Positions 39,860 through 49,496 of a stretch of DNA of 64,000 bases are shown in pieces. The stretch covers positions 228,211 through 292,210 of the forward strand of contig OZ240232.1 of the NCBI GenBank assembly GCA_965197895.1, written 5' to 3'. A model generated the notes under the pieces. That model was not told the origin of the DNA and did no database searches. It saw nothing but the letters and a program-made list of their open reading frames with translations. Both the position numbers and the translations under genes were made by a program. How positions within the stretch are numbered: the first letter of the stretch is position 1; every line of letters starts with the position of its first letter. Source of the stretch: Candidatus Versatilivoraceae bacterium. Its GTDB lineage: Bacteria; Acidobacteriota; Terriglobia; Versatilivoradales; Versatilivoraceae.

Positions 39860-41092
39860 ATGATTGCTGGAACCCATACCGCCTGTCTGCTACCCAGAAC
39901 CAAACCCAAGGGCCGCCATCCCCCAAAGGCCCTCTCGGCTGCATTCCTGCGCTCCGCTCCGCCCGGAAGACACGCCGATGGAAACGGATTGTACCTCTTC
40001 GTCCAGCCCAGCGGAACCCGCAGCTGGATTCAACGCCTCCTGGTCCGCGGCCGCCGCCGTGAGCTCGGACTCGGCAGCGTTGCCCTGGTCCCGCTGGCCG
40101 AGGCCCGGGAGAAGGCGCTCGCCAACCGCAAGCTCGCCCGCCAGGGCGGGGACCCGCTCGCCGAGAAGCGACGTAGCCAGGCCGTCCCCACCTTCGCCGA
40201 AGCCGCCATGCGTGTGCTGGAACAGAAGCGGGACGGATGGCGCAACCCGAGACACCCGCGCGAGTGGATCTCGAGCCTGAGGCGGTTCGCCTTCCCGCGC
40301 ATCGGCAAGGTGCCGGTCTGTGAGGTCACGAGCGCCGATGTCCTTGAGATCCTCACGCCCATCTGGCACCAGCAGGCCCCCACGGCCCGGCGGGTGCGCC
40401 AGCGCCTGCGGGCGGTCCTGGAATGGGCCGTAGCCATGGAGTACAGGATCGACAACCCCTGCGACCGGATCGGCCCGGTCCTGGGTCTCCAACAGGACGT
40501 TATCGAGCACATGCAGGCCTTGCCCCATCGGGAGGTGGCTGCGGTGATCCGGACGGTGCGGGTATCCCCAGCTCTGCCGGCCGCCCGGCTGGCCCTTGAG
40601 TTCCTGGTGCTGACGGCAGCCAGGTGGGGCGAGGTGCGGTGGGCTGAGTGGGAGGAGATCGATCGTAGCGGGAGGGTGTGGACCGTCCCGGCCAAGCGGG
40701 CAAAGACGAACCGCCGGCACCGGGTGCCGCTGTGTGGCCGTGCCCTGGAGATTCTCGAGGCGGCGCAGGCACTGGAGCAGGGAGCCGGTCCGCTGGTGTT
40801 CACCCATGGGGGCGGGAGGCCTCTCCATGACAGCCAGCTGCGCCGCCTGCTGCGCGAGCTTGGGGTTGCGGCGGTGCCACACGGGTTCCGCTCGACCTTC
40901 CGGGACTGGGCGGGTGAGGAAACGGACCATCCCCGGGGGGTGATCGAGGCGGCCCTGGCGCATGTGGTCCGGAACCGGGTCGAGGCAGCCTATGCCCGCT
41001 CGGACCTGTTCGAGCGCCGGCGTATCCTGATGGACGACTGGGCGCGTTACCTGGCCCAAGGGATGGAGGAGGAGTCGGAGCCCTTGGAGTAA
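39860..41092 (+). CDS. int: P4-type tyrosine integrase, copy 2
   Basis: 410 aa, collinear with 7774..9006. Confidence 0.9.
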   Translation: MIAGTHTACLLPRTKPKGRHPPKALSAAFLRSAPPGRHADGNGLYLFVQPSGTRSWIQRLLVRGRRRELGLGSVALVPLAEAREKALANRKLARQGGDPLAEKRRSQAVPTFAEAAMRVLEQKRDGWRNPRHPREWISSLRRFAFPRIGKVPVCEVTSADVLEILTPIWHQQAPTARRVRQRLRAVLEWAVAMEYRIDNPCDRIGPVLGLQQDVIEHMQALPHREVAAVIRTVRVSPALPAARLALEFLVLTAARWGEVRWAEWEEIDRSGRVWTVPAKRAKTNRRHRVPLCGRALEILEAAQALEQGAGPLVFTHGGGRPLHDSQLRRLLRELGVAAVPHGFRSTFRDWAGEETDHPRGVIEAALAHVVRNRVEAAYARSDLFERRRILMDDWARYLAQGMEEESEPLE

Positions 41093-41207
41093 AGAGGCCC
41101 AAGGGATCGGTTGCCCGGGGCAAACCAGGGTGAGAGCCAGGCTCGAAGTCCGGCGGCAGTCAAAGCCAGGTTGAGCAGGACAACCCGGGTCCAGGTCTTC
41201 AGCATTT

Positions 41208-41342
41208 CAGCCTTCCCGCAGGGATCACTGTGGAGGGAGCGACCCCCCTTTAAGGGGAGGGTAAAGGTGTCGTTTTGCGTGTCACCCTTTACCCCTACCC
41301 GGTGCCGCACCAGCGGTCAAAAAGGGGGGGTCGCTCCCTCCA
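41208..41342 (-). repeat. palindromic module copy 2 (inverted relative to integrase; centre identical to copy 1)
   Basis: Reverse complement of 10324-10459. The adjoining 41350-41520 is the inverted 3' flank of the 9163 gene family. Confidence 0.75.
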
Positions 41343-41660
41343 CCAGCACCCCTCTCGTGCGGCGCGCCGCCGCGCCGGTCGGGAGGGGGACACGCGAGGC
41401 GCAGCCTCGCTTCGCTGTTTCGCATTGGACGCGGAAAATGCTTGTCCTTCCGCGTCTGATGCGGCGTTTCGGGAAAACCCTTAACCACAACGGAGAGGCC
41501 TCCGCCCTCTGAGAGAAAAGCGTTGTCGTGCTCAAAAACATGTCACCCCTCGATGTCACCCCCCCCCTTCGGAAAGGGTGACACCCATACGGCGGCATCT
41601 GCTTGACCCCCAGAGGCGGAAATCGTCGACCATTCCGCGGTCATTGGGTGAGCCTGTTTC

Positions 41661-41897
41661 TTGCTCCGATTCATCCCCGCGTCTGTGGGGAACAGGACCG
41701 TGACCAGTATTCCCGAATGGCTGAAGACGGATCATCCCCGGGAGGTGATCGAGGCAGCCCTGGCGCATGTGGTCCGGAACCGGGTCGAGGCAGCCTATGC
41801 CCGCTCGGACCTGTTCGAACACCGGCAGGTCCTGATGGATGACTGGGCGCGTTACCTGGCCCGAGGGACGGGGGAGAATCTGGAGCCCTTCGGGTAA
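41661..41897 (+). pseudogene. integrase C-terminal fragment (third copy, ~65 aa)
   Basis: DHPREVIEAALAHVVRNRVEAAYARSDLFEHRQVLMDDWARYLARG. Homology begins abruptly at 41735. Confidence 0.8.
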
Positions 41898-42054
41898 ACA
41901 GGCCCGTGGACCCTGCCGGAGGTGTGGAAAACCCCGCGGCGCCGGACCGGTACGCTGCAAGCTCACTAGAGAGTTTCCCATACCTCCTTGGACGGGCACT
42001 CCCCGCCCACAGGCTCCACCGTCCCGGCGGCGGTCTTTTTGAATAATCCATTAA

Positions 42055-43164
42055 CCCGCATTTCTTGCCGGGGGGGCGTGAAAATGGCGCAGGAATTTTC
42101 CCCTCAGCGCGTGCTCGTGAGCGAAAAGCGTAGCGGTTTCTACGGTCGAGCGAGCATGTGCGCGCTGAGGGAAAAAGGACGAGCCAGAGTGCGCCCAGCA
42201 CCGTGTGTCATTGGAAACCGTCAAAATAGACCTACAAGCTGTTGAAAACACACCGTCGTTGCACGGTGTATCCAGCGACCCGGGTAGAGTCGAGGACTGG
42301 CGCGTTGACTATAGGGTCCGGTGGCTATTCCGTCGCTTTCGCTTCGGGCCTCAGTCCGGCTCCCTTATCACGTTTCCAGTCCCCGCTCTCCGAACCGGAC
42401 GTGCGGTTTTCCCGCATCTCGGCTCTCCAGTGGGATCATGCCTCTCGCACACAGGTCTCCGCTCGCATCCGTGGACGACTCCTATGGGACTGGCACTCGT
42501 CCCCCACTCCATCCACGTCCGCTCGCGGGTTGCCGCCAGGCCTGTTGACGCCCCGACGACGCCGTCCTCATCAGACGACCCCTTCGCTTTGGCATGTGAT
42601 GCTTCCGGAGTCTCCGGTCCTTTTGCCGGGGTTTCAGGCTTTCGCCACTCCCGGGACCCTTCCCCCTTCGGTCACCGCTCCTCACCTGAGGCCCCTTCCC
42701 TCCACCGGCATTACCCGGCTTCTCCAGTACTACGAGCCTCTCCGCCACCCTGCCGGCCCAGCCTCCCCCTCACGGGGTCCCGGTTCGATGCGTGCCTCAC
42801 CACCCACAGGGCTTCCCATGTTGCCACCTTCTTCCCCTTCCATGCGTGCCAGCGCCACTACCCCGGCGGATCCCGAGGGGTGCCCGCGTCGCTCGCTTCC
42901 CCCTCCGTCTTCGGCCTTCCCCATTTCTCAGGTGGGTCGCCCCCCGCATTGCCCGTTTCGAGGCCTGCTCGACGTTCACTCGCGTTCCGGCCCGCATGTT
43001 CGCTGAACCGCCCAAAGCAGCCCTTTGAACCAGGGTGCTTCAGACCCTATCGTTACCTCCATGATCCGCCCTGGCTGCTACCAACCGGAGCGACAGTTGT
43101 TGGACGGGTTTCGCACCCGTTAGAAGAAGGCGCCTTTCCATGGCGCACTGAGAAATGCGGGTTA
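42055..43164 (-). mobile_element. second copy of the 18-bp-TIR MITE, interrupted by a group II intron
   Basis: Left TIR 42055-42071; right TIR TGAGAAATGCGGGTTA at 43149-43164. Collinear with 35083-35325 except for the insert at 42285-43148. Confidence 0.75.
42285..43148 (-). ncRNA. ORF-less group II intron (864 nt)
   Basis: Minus-strand 5' end GUGCGC, 3' end ...CUCGACUCUAC. Domain V GAGCCGAGAUGCGGGAAAACCGCACGUCCGGUUC at 42392-42427. The insertion is precise relative to the empty MITE copy. No RT ORF. Confidence 0.7.
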
Positions 43165-43363
43165 GGCTGTCTCAGGACCGCGCTCTTCTTCAGCAATGGC
43201 GCGCCGTCCGTCAATGACCAGAGACCGGTTCCCTAATCTCATCAGTCCTTTAGTAAGGTGTGGCTCGAACGTGCTGTGTTTAAAATCACCCAAATACGTT
43301 ATAGTGTGCCTTTCATCATCTAACCCCTTCAGACATTACCCGAGAAACCGGAGAGAACTCGTC

Positions 43364-46300
43364 ATGGGAAACCCCGCTTTGACTGCCGCTTGCCTGCACC
43401 GATTTAGATTTCAAACCGCCCTGGCGTGCCTGCTGGCCTGTGTCTGGACCGTAGCTCTGAGTGTCGAAGGCAGCGCTCAGGACCACGCCGGGGACAAACA
43501 GGCGCTAGTCGCGCTCTACAACGCCACCGACGGCCCCAATTGGGCCAACAACGAAAACTGGTTGAGCGAGGAGCCGCTCGAGAACTGGTACGGCGTCAGC
43601 GTCAGCGATGGACGTGTTACGAGGCTTTTTCTCGCCGGCAACCAACTGACGGGCGCCATTCCTGCCGAGTTGGGCAACCTCTCCAACCTCACGGGGCTGA
43701 TTCTCTCCAGCAACCAACAATACTTGCCTGAAACGAGAACCTTTGAAGGGGGACTGACGGGCGCCATTCCTGCCGAGTTGGGTGACCTCTCCAGCCTGGA
43801 GGTCCTGGATCTCGCCGGCAACCAACTGACGGGGACCATCCCCGCCGAGTTGGGTAACCTCTCCAGCCTCACGGGGCTGTTTCTCCGGAACAACCAACTG
43901 ACCGGGACCATTCCGCCCGAGTTGGGCAACCTCACCAATCTCAGGTGGTTGGATCTTGCAAACAACCAGCAATACTCGCCTGAAACGAGAACCTTTGAAG
44001 GGGGACTGACGGGAGCCATTCCTGCCGAGTTGGGTGACCTCGCCAGCCTGGAGGTCCTGAATCTCGGCGGCAACCAACTGACGGGGACCATTCCGACGGA
44101 ACTCGGTGACCTCGCCAACCTCACGCGTCTGTATCTCGCCGGCAACCAACTGACGGGGACCATCCCCGCCGAGTTGGGTGACCTTTCCAGCCTCGTGGGC
44201 CTGGATCTCTCTGGCAATCAACTGACGGGGACCATTCCGCCGGAGCTGGGTGACCTCTCCAACCTCACGGAGCTGATTCTCTCCATCAACCAACTGACGG
44301 GAGCCATTCCGACGGAACTCGGTGACCTCTCCAGCCTCACGAGGCTGTATCTCCACAACAACCAACTGACGGAACCCATCCCTCCGGAGTTGGGCAACCT
44401 CTCCAACCTCACGGAGCTGATTCTCTCCAGCAACCAACAATACTCGCCGGAAACGGGAACCTTTGAAGGGGGACTGACGGGGTCCATCCCGCCCGAGTTG
44501 GGTGACCTCGCCAACCTCACGCGTCTGTATCTCGCCGGCAACCAACTGACGGGGACCATCCCCGCCGAGTTGGGTAACCTCTCCAACCTCACGGAGCTGA
44601 TTCTCAACAACAACCAACTGACGGGTCCCATCCCGACGGAACTCGGTGACCTCGTCAGCCTCACGAGGCTGTGGCTCTCCACCAACGAACTGACAGGCCC
44701 CATCCCCGCCGAGTTGGGTAACCTCTCCAACCTCACGGAGCTGATTCTCAACATCAACCAACTGACGGGTCCCATCCCGACGGAACTCGGTGACCTCGTC
44801 AGCCTCACGAGGCTGTGGCTCTCCACCAACGAACTGACAGGCCCCATACCCGCCGAGTTGGGTGACCTCTCCAGGCTCTTGGCGTTGTATCTCAACGGCA
44901 ACCAACTGACGGGGTCCATTCCTCCTGAACTCGGGGACCTCGCCAGCCTCACGAGGCTGTATCTCCACAACAACCAACTGACGGAACCCATTCCGCCTGA
45001 GTTGGGCAACCTCGCCAGCCTCAGGTGGCTGGTTCTCTCCGGCAACCAACTGACGGGGTCCATCCCGCCAGAACTCGGTGACCTCTCCAGCCTCGTGGGG
45101 TTGTATCTCAACGGCAACCAACTGACGGGGTCCATCCCTCCTGAACTCGGGGACCTCGCCAGCCTCACGAGGCTGTATCTCCACAACAACAAACTGACGG
45201 AACCCATTCCGCCTGAGTTGGGCAACCTCGCCAGCCTCAGGTGGCTGGATCTCTCCGGAAATCAACTGACAGGGACCATTCCTCCAGAGTTGGGTAACCT
45301 TTCCAGCCTCGTGGCACTGAATCTCGCCGGCAACCAACTGACGGCATCCATCCCTCAGAGTTTCACCAGCCTGATGCTGGAGCATTTCTACTTCCATGGA
45401 AATCCCGGTCTGAGCGTGCCGGATGACGTTGCCCTGCGGGAGTGGCTGGATGGCATCAAGGAACTCCGGGACCAGGATTACTCCCCCGCTACACCCTTTG
45501 TTCCGGTGATCCTGAGCTCCGCCGGGCAAAACAATTCTTTCTTCACCTCGGAGCTGACCCTGACCAATCGAGGAACCGTGGCGGCACCTCTGACCTACAC
45601 CTACACGGCTCATAGGGGAGGGGGAAGCGGCGTTGCCAATGACAGTCTGCGTCCCGGGGAGCAAAGGATCATTTCCAATGCCATCGAGTACCTCAGAACC
45701 CGGCTCATTCCCATCCCCATCCCCGGCACCGGCAATCGGATTGGGACGTTACGGGTAACGCTCGGACAGTTTTCATCGTCCCAGGTGGGGGTCACGGTGC
45801 GGACCACCACCACGGTGCCCGAGGGTCGCGCCGGTCTGGCCTACCCCGGGGTTTCCGCAGAGGCCGGTTTCGATGAAGCCGTGTATTTGTGCGGCCTGCG
45901 CCAGAACCAACAAGATCGCTCCAACGTTGCCTTCCAGAACCTGGGGACAGATGCCGACGGTCCCATTACCTTGAGGACCACGGTGTTTTCGGGAGACCCG
46001 GAGGATAGCCGTCCCCACGTTCTCGAGGATAGAACCCTGCAGCCGGGCGGGTTCTATCAGTATTCGGGGTTGTTGGGGGTGTTGGCCAGTGTGGGCGGCA
46101 ACCGACAGGGCTACGTCAAGGTGGAACGGGTTGAGGGGACGGCTCCGTTCTATGCCTACGGCGTCATCAACGACCAGGCCAACTCAGATGGGTCGTTCGT
46201 CTTTCCGGCCACGGCCAGTTTGCTCGAGGGGACAACGGGACAGACCCTGCCGGTGATTGTCGAGACCGGAGTCTTCACCAGCGAGCTGATGGTGACCAAC

Positions 46301-46966
46301 TTCTCAGACGTTGCCAAGACGGTGACCTTCCGCTTCAGGGCCGATGCGGTCCAGACTCCCGACAAGACGGCCACAGTGGAATGGACCTTCCATCCCGGCC
46401 AGCAAATGATCGTCCCCAACATCGTCGACATGGTGCGCAAGTTGGGAGCAGCAGGGGTCGGGCGGGCCGGACAGACCTTTGCCGGGGCACTGTTCGCCAC
46501 CGTGGCCGAGGGGGACATGAGCGGGATAGCGATCGGAGCCCGCACCAGCTCCTCCGACGGCCGCGGCGGGCAGTACGGGGTTTACTACAACGCGGTGCCC
46601 TACGGGGGGGCGTTCCTGGAAGGCGCCTGGGTGGAGGCTCTCCAGCAGAACGAGGAGAACCGCAGCAACCTGGCGCTGGTCAACACCGGTGAAGTCGATG
46701 ACAGTCCCAGTGTCTTTCAACTCGACATCTACGATGGAGCGACCGGGATGTTGGCCAACACGGTCACCGGCCTGACGGTTCCGGCCGGAGGGTGGCGTCA
46801 GATCAACACCCTCCTGGGGGACTATGCTCCCGGCACCATGCAAGGCTATGTGCGGATCAGCAAGATTTCAGGCAACAATCCCTTCCTGGCTTACGGAATC
46901 ATCAACGACGGCGGGGCGCCGGGACAGCGCAGCGGCGACGGGGCCTACCTGCCGGCTCGGGAGTAG
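43364..46966 (+). CDS. secreted plant-type leucine-rich-repeat protein (~30 x 24-aa LRRs) with duplicated uncharacterised C-terminal domain
   Basis: ATG 43364 with a GGAGAG SD. Signal peptide, then the LRRNT-like cap ALVALYNATDGPNWANNENWLSEEPLENWYGVSV, then repeats LxxLxLxxNQLTGxIPxELGNLSN. The last ~520 aa form two homologous ~250-aa halves. Confidence 0.85.
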   Translation: MGNPALTAACLHRFRFQTALACLLACVWTVALSVEGSAQDHAGDKQALVALYNATDGPNWANNENWLSEEPLENWYGVSVSDGRVTRLFLAGNQLTGAIPAELGNLSNLTGLILSSNQQYLPETRTFEGGLTGAIPAELGDLSSLEVLDLAGNQLTGTIPAELGNLSSLTGLFLRNNQLTGTIPPELGNLTNLRWLDLANNQQYSPETRTFEGGLTGAIPAELGDLASLEVLNLGGNQLTGTIPTELGDLANLTRLYLAGNQLTGTIPAELGDLSSLVGLDLSGNQLTGTIPPELGDLSNLTELILSINQLTGAIPTELGDLSSLTRLYLHNNQLTEPIPPELGNLSNLTELILSSNQQYSPETGTFEGGLTGSIPPELGDLANLTRLYLAGNQLTGTIPAELGNLSNLTELILNNNQLTGPIPTELGDLVSLTRLWLSTNELTGPIPAELGNLSNLTELILNINQLTGPIPTELGDLVSLTRLWLSTNELTGPIPAELGDLSRLLALYLNGNQLTGSIPPELGDLASLTRLYLHNNQLTEPIPPELGNLASLRWLVLSGNQLTGSIPPELGDLSSLVGLYLNGNQLTGSIPPELGDLASLTRLYLHNNKLTEPIPPELGNLASLRWLDLSGNQLTGTIPPELGNLSSLVALNLAGNQLTASIPQSFTSLMLEHFYFHGNPGLSVPDDVALREWLDGIKELRDQDYSPATPFVPVILSSAGQNNSFFTSELTLTNRGTVAAPLTYTYTAHRGGGSGVANDSLRPGEQRIISNAIEYLRTRLIPIPIPGTGNRIGTLRVTLGQFSSSQVGVTVRTTTTVPEGRAGLAYPGVSAEAGFDEAVYLCGLRQNQQDRSNVAFQNLGTDADGPITLRTTVFSGDPEDSRPHVLEDRTLQPGGFYQYSGLLGVLASVGGNRQGYVKVERVEGTAPFYAYGVINDQANSDGSFVFPATASLLEGTTGQTLPVIVETGVFTSELMVTNFSDVAKTVTFRFRADAVQTPDKTATVEWTFHPGQQMIVPNIVDMVRKLGAAGVGRAGQTFAGALFATVAEGDMSGIAIGARTSSSDGRGGQYGVYYNAVPYGGAFLEGAWVEALQQNEENRSNLALVNTGEVDDSPSVFQLDIYDGATGMLANTVTGLTVPAGGWRQINTLLGDYAPGTMQGYVRISKISGNNPFLAYGIINDGGAPGQRSGDGAYLPARE

Positions 46967-46971
46967 ACACC

Positions 46972-47506
46972 GCAGGAGAAAGTTGCCTGCTTCAAGTAGC
47001 TCGGCGTCGACCCCAAGCTACTCCCGAAACGCATCTACGCCGGCCGCGCCAACGGACGCATCCGGTATTTCCACATCAAGATGCCAGTCGCCGTCGACGG
47101 TGACCGGGCCATCTTCGCCTACATGGATCCTGGCATGTCCACCCGAAGCCCGCTCCATTGCTGGGGCCAAGCCCACCGGCAGCTTTGGGACAAGCTCCGG
47201 CAGGCAAGCCGGACTGTCGAAGTATTTGCGGTCGCTTGGTACCAGCACCATCTCAACCGCACCCAGCGGGTTCTCCAGGCCTGGACAACCCGAGACCCGG
47301 CAGCGGCCAAGACAGAAGCGGCGGGGCTGCGGCAAGCCATCGCTGATGCCGATTGGGACACCGTCGAACGCCATGGCGGCCTCGACGCCGTCGTGGATAA
47401 GATCGACCAAGCTGAGGAGGAAACGGCGGCCTGGGCCGGAGCAGGATGGATCGACCATTTCCGCCTCCGGGGATCAAGCTCGTGGCGTCAAATGACCGCA
47501 ATTTGA
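46972..47506 (+). pseudogene. 5'-truncated paralogue of the 9163..10128 integrase-element gene
   Basis: Homology starts 6 bp after the LRR stop and covers the C-terminal ~175 aa (..KVACFQQLG.., YMDPGMSTRS..). It is followed by the same 3' flank and palindromic module. Confidence 0.7.
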
Positions 47507-47710
47507 AAGTCATTGTCAAATTGCGCAGACAAGCCCTGTATTTCCGCCTCTCTCAGAGGGCGGGGCCCTCGCCGTTGTGGTGTGCTCGTTTCAGGAAAAC
47601 CGTTACGGGACGCGGGTTTTCCCGCGTCCTCACCCCCTAAGGGGGCGGGGCTGTGCCCCGCGCGTCCCCCTTCCGGCCAGCGGAGATGGTGGCGCACAAT
47701 AAGGGAGAAA

Positions 47711-47846
47711 GTGGAGGGAGCGACCCCCCTTTTTGCCTTCAAAGTGCGCCACCGAGCAGGGATGACAATTGCGCACCAAATTGCGCACTTTTCCTCCCCT
47801 TTTCGTGGGGGGGCGCTCCCTCCACAGTGATCTCTGCGGGAAGGCT
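47711..47846 (+). repeat. palindromic module copy 3 (same arms, different centre GTGCGCCACCGAGCAGGGATGACAATTGCGCACCAAATTGCGCAC)
   Basis: Arms at 47713-47728 and 47806-47822 (one mismatch). The tail ACAGTGATCTCTGCGGGAAGGCTG is conserved. Confidence 0.75.
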
Positions 47847-48000
47847 GTCGAGTCGGCTAGGAAGCCGACAGCGGAAAAACAGCAGACCATAAATGGCCCT
47901 CAGGCCGAGACGGGTAAGCCTGGGGGATGCACACAACCCAATATCTCCGACCCGCAGCACGGGCAGCTTGCCACTCCACTTGACGGCCTCGGACTCAGGG

Positions 48001-48300
48001 TTGATACTCGGCTAACCTGTCCGCCAACATCCTGGAGCGTCCAGTGGGTTCCTTTTCAAAAAGAGGGATATAATGAGGGAACTGCAGCAGGCTGATTTGT
48101 AGTAAGTTTATTATAATTAATGGTTTATATTTGAGAGATTGCAGGCTGTGCAGCAGCTTCTCGTCCTGTTTATCCTGTCTATCGATGTTCCCTAATACAG
48201 CAAACCGGTTTAACGGGACATGGTCCCTACACCCGAAAGGCCATAAGGGTTCGTTGTTTCACTCTCGTATGATCCGCACGGCGGGGCGGGGGCGGGGGCG
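48001..48300 (+). repeat. P1 repeat plus the first ~140 bp of the 490-bp unit
   Basis: Collinear with 16506-16950 minus the internal insertion. Confidence 0.7.
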
Positions 48301-48454
48301 CGCCGGTTCCCGGCCGGTCGGCTCACCGGCCGTGGGGCGTGCCTTTTTTGTTTTGAGTCCCTCCATCGGACTCGACTATGATGCCGTCGGGCCCGATGGT
48401 TCCGCGGGTTCAGGTGTATCCGGGACAGAGACGGGAACCGGCGAGGAGAGGAGA

Positions 48455-48940
48455 ATGACGCTGGCCAATTGGAAAACTCAATCTTACAACGGGATTCAAA
48501 GCCTGCTGTTCAACAACCCCCATCGCGTGGTCGAGTTTCACGTTGCCCAGAGCGATGGGGGTTGGCGCAACCGCGCCGAGCTGCCGGCCCCGGTAAGAAG
48601 GCTCTATGAAACCGAGGCGCCGGAGGAACGGACTTGCCTGCAGACGACCCAGTTCGTCCACCACATGATGATCCCTCCCGGGGGGCGTCACGTGGCGGAA
48701 CTCCATATCCATCCCGATGCCGAAGAGATCTTGGTGGTGACCCGGGGGCGAGGCCAGGCGCGCATTGCAGGCCAAAGCCATCCGGTGGAAAGGGAGGACG
48801 TGCTCTACATCCCCCCCGGAGCCGAACACGAAATTCGTAACACCGGCGAGGATTTTTTGGGTATACTGTTTGTCAACGTGCCGACGGGAGAAGGATTGAA
48901 GAAGCTCCTGTCGGTTCAGAATAAAGCCAAGAGCCCTTGA
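48455..48940 (+). CDS. cupin-domain protein
   Basis: ATG 48455 (GGAGAGGAGA SD). HIHPDAEEILVVTRGRG...LYIPPGAEHEIRNTG is the cupin_2 two-motif core. The track ORF start at 48131 lies inside a repeat. Confidence 0.75.
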   Translation: MTLANWKTQSYNGIQSLLFNNPHRVVEFHVAQSDGGWRNRAELPAPVRRLYETEAPEERTCLQTTQFVHHMMIPPGGRHVAELHIHPDAEEILVVTRGRGQARIAGQSHPVEREDVLYIPPGAEHEIRNTGEDFLGILFVNVPTGEGLKKLLSVQNKAKSP

Positions 48941-49252
48941 TTTCCTCGCACCGCCGGCTCAATTCCGGACCTGGGCGGTGCATCGCCGAAGTGATGTGGC
49001 GATTGACCCGGTCTGGCTGCAATTCGGTTTTGCCACCGAAGATGAGCATGAGTTTTTAGAGAGACCCTCCCGGACAGGACCTTCAGCGCTTCCCCACCAG
49101 GCAGCCACTCCTCCGATCAGGATTCATCCTGAGACGATGCAACTTTCCACCGGTGAAAGACATCTGGGTAGGAGGCCCGGCACTGCCCCCTGTTGAATGG
49201 CGAAAAGCGCTGGCCCGCCGGCATGATTTGATCAATTGAAGGAGTGTATTAA

Positions 49253-49450
49253 ATGTTTGTGACCTGCCCCAAATGCAATCGGGGACTTACCGTCAAGGAG
49301 CTGGTGACCGATTCACACCAGTGCAGTCAGGAAAAGCGCTCAAACCGAGCTTCCAATCAGGCCAAGCGCTCGGCCAGGATCCCCCGCAGTCCGAAATACA
49401 TCAAGGACAACTTCGATTCCCTGGTTTCAGCCGCTTTGAAGAATTCCTGA
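49253..49450 (+). CDS. small hypothetical protein (CPKC..C zinc-ribbon-like N-terminus)
   Basis: 65 aa, lower GC, no SD. Weak support. Confidence 0.2.
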   Translation: MFVTCPKCNRGLTVKELVTDSHQCSQEKRSNRASNQAKRSARIPRSPKYIKDNFDSLVSAALKNS

Positions 49451-49496
49451 AGCGTTTCCTCTCCCAAACCCCGGCGGCCATCGCTTCGCCCGGACC

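Noticed and set aside
42205-43236. ORFs 42205..43236 and 42242..43006 (+), 42482..42748 and 42797..43015 (-)
   Set aside because: They lie entirely inside the group II intron and MITE. They are Pro/Ser/Arg-rich and are not coding.
43505-45664. 719-aa minus-strand ORF (and the 233/335-aa ORFs nested in it) opposite the LRR gene
   Set aside because: It is a mirror artefact of the highly repetitive, GC-rich LRR coding sequence. Its translation is low-complexity (PxEAGEVxQL) with no start or SD context.
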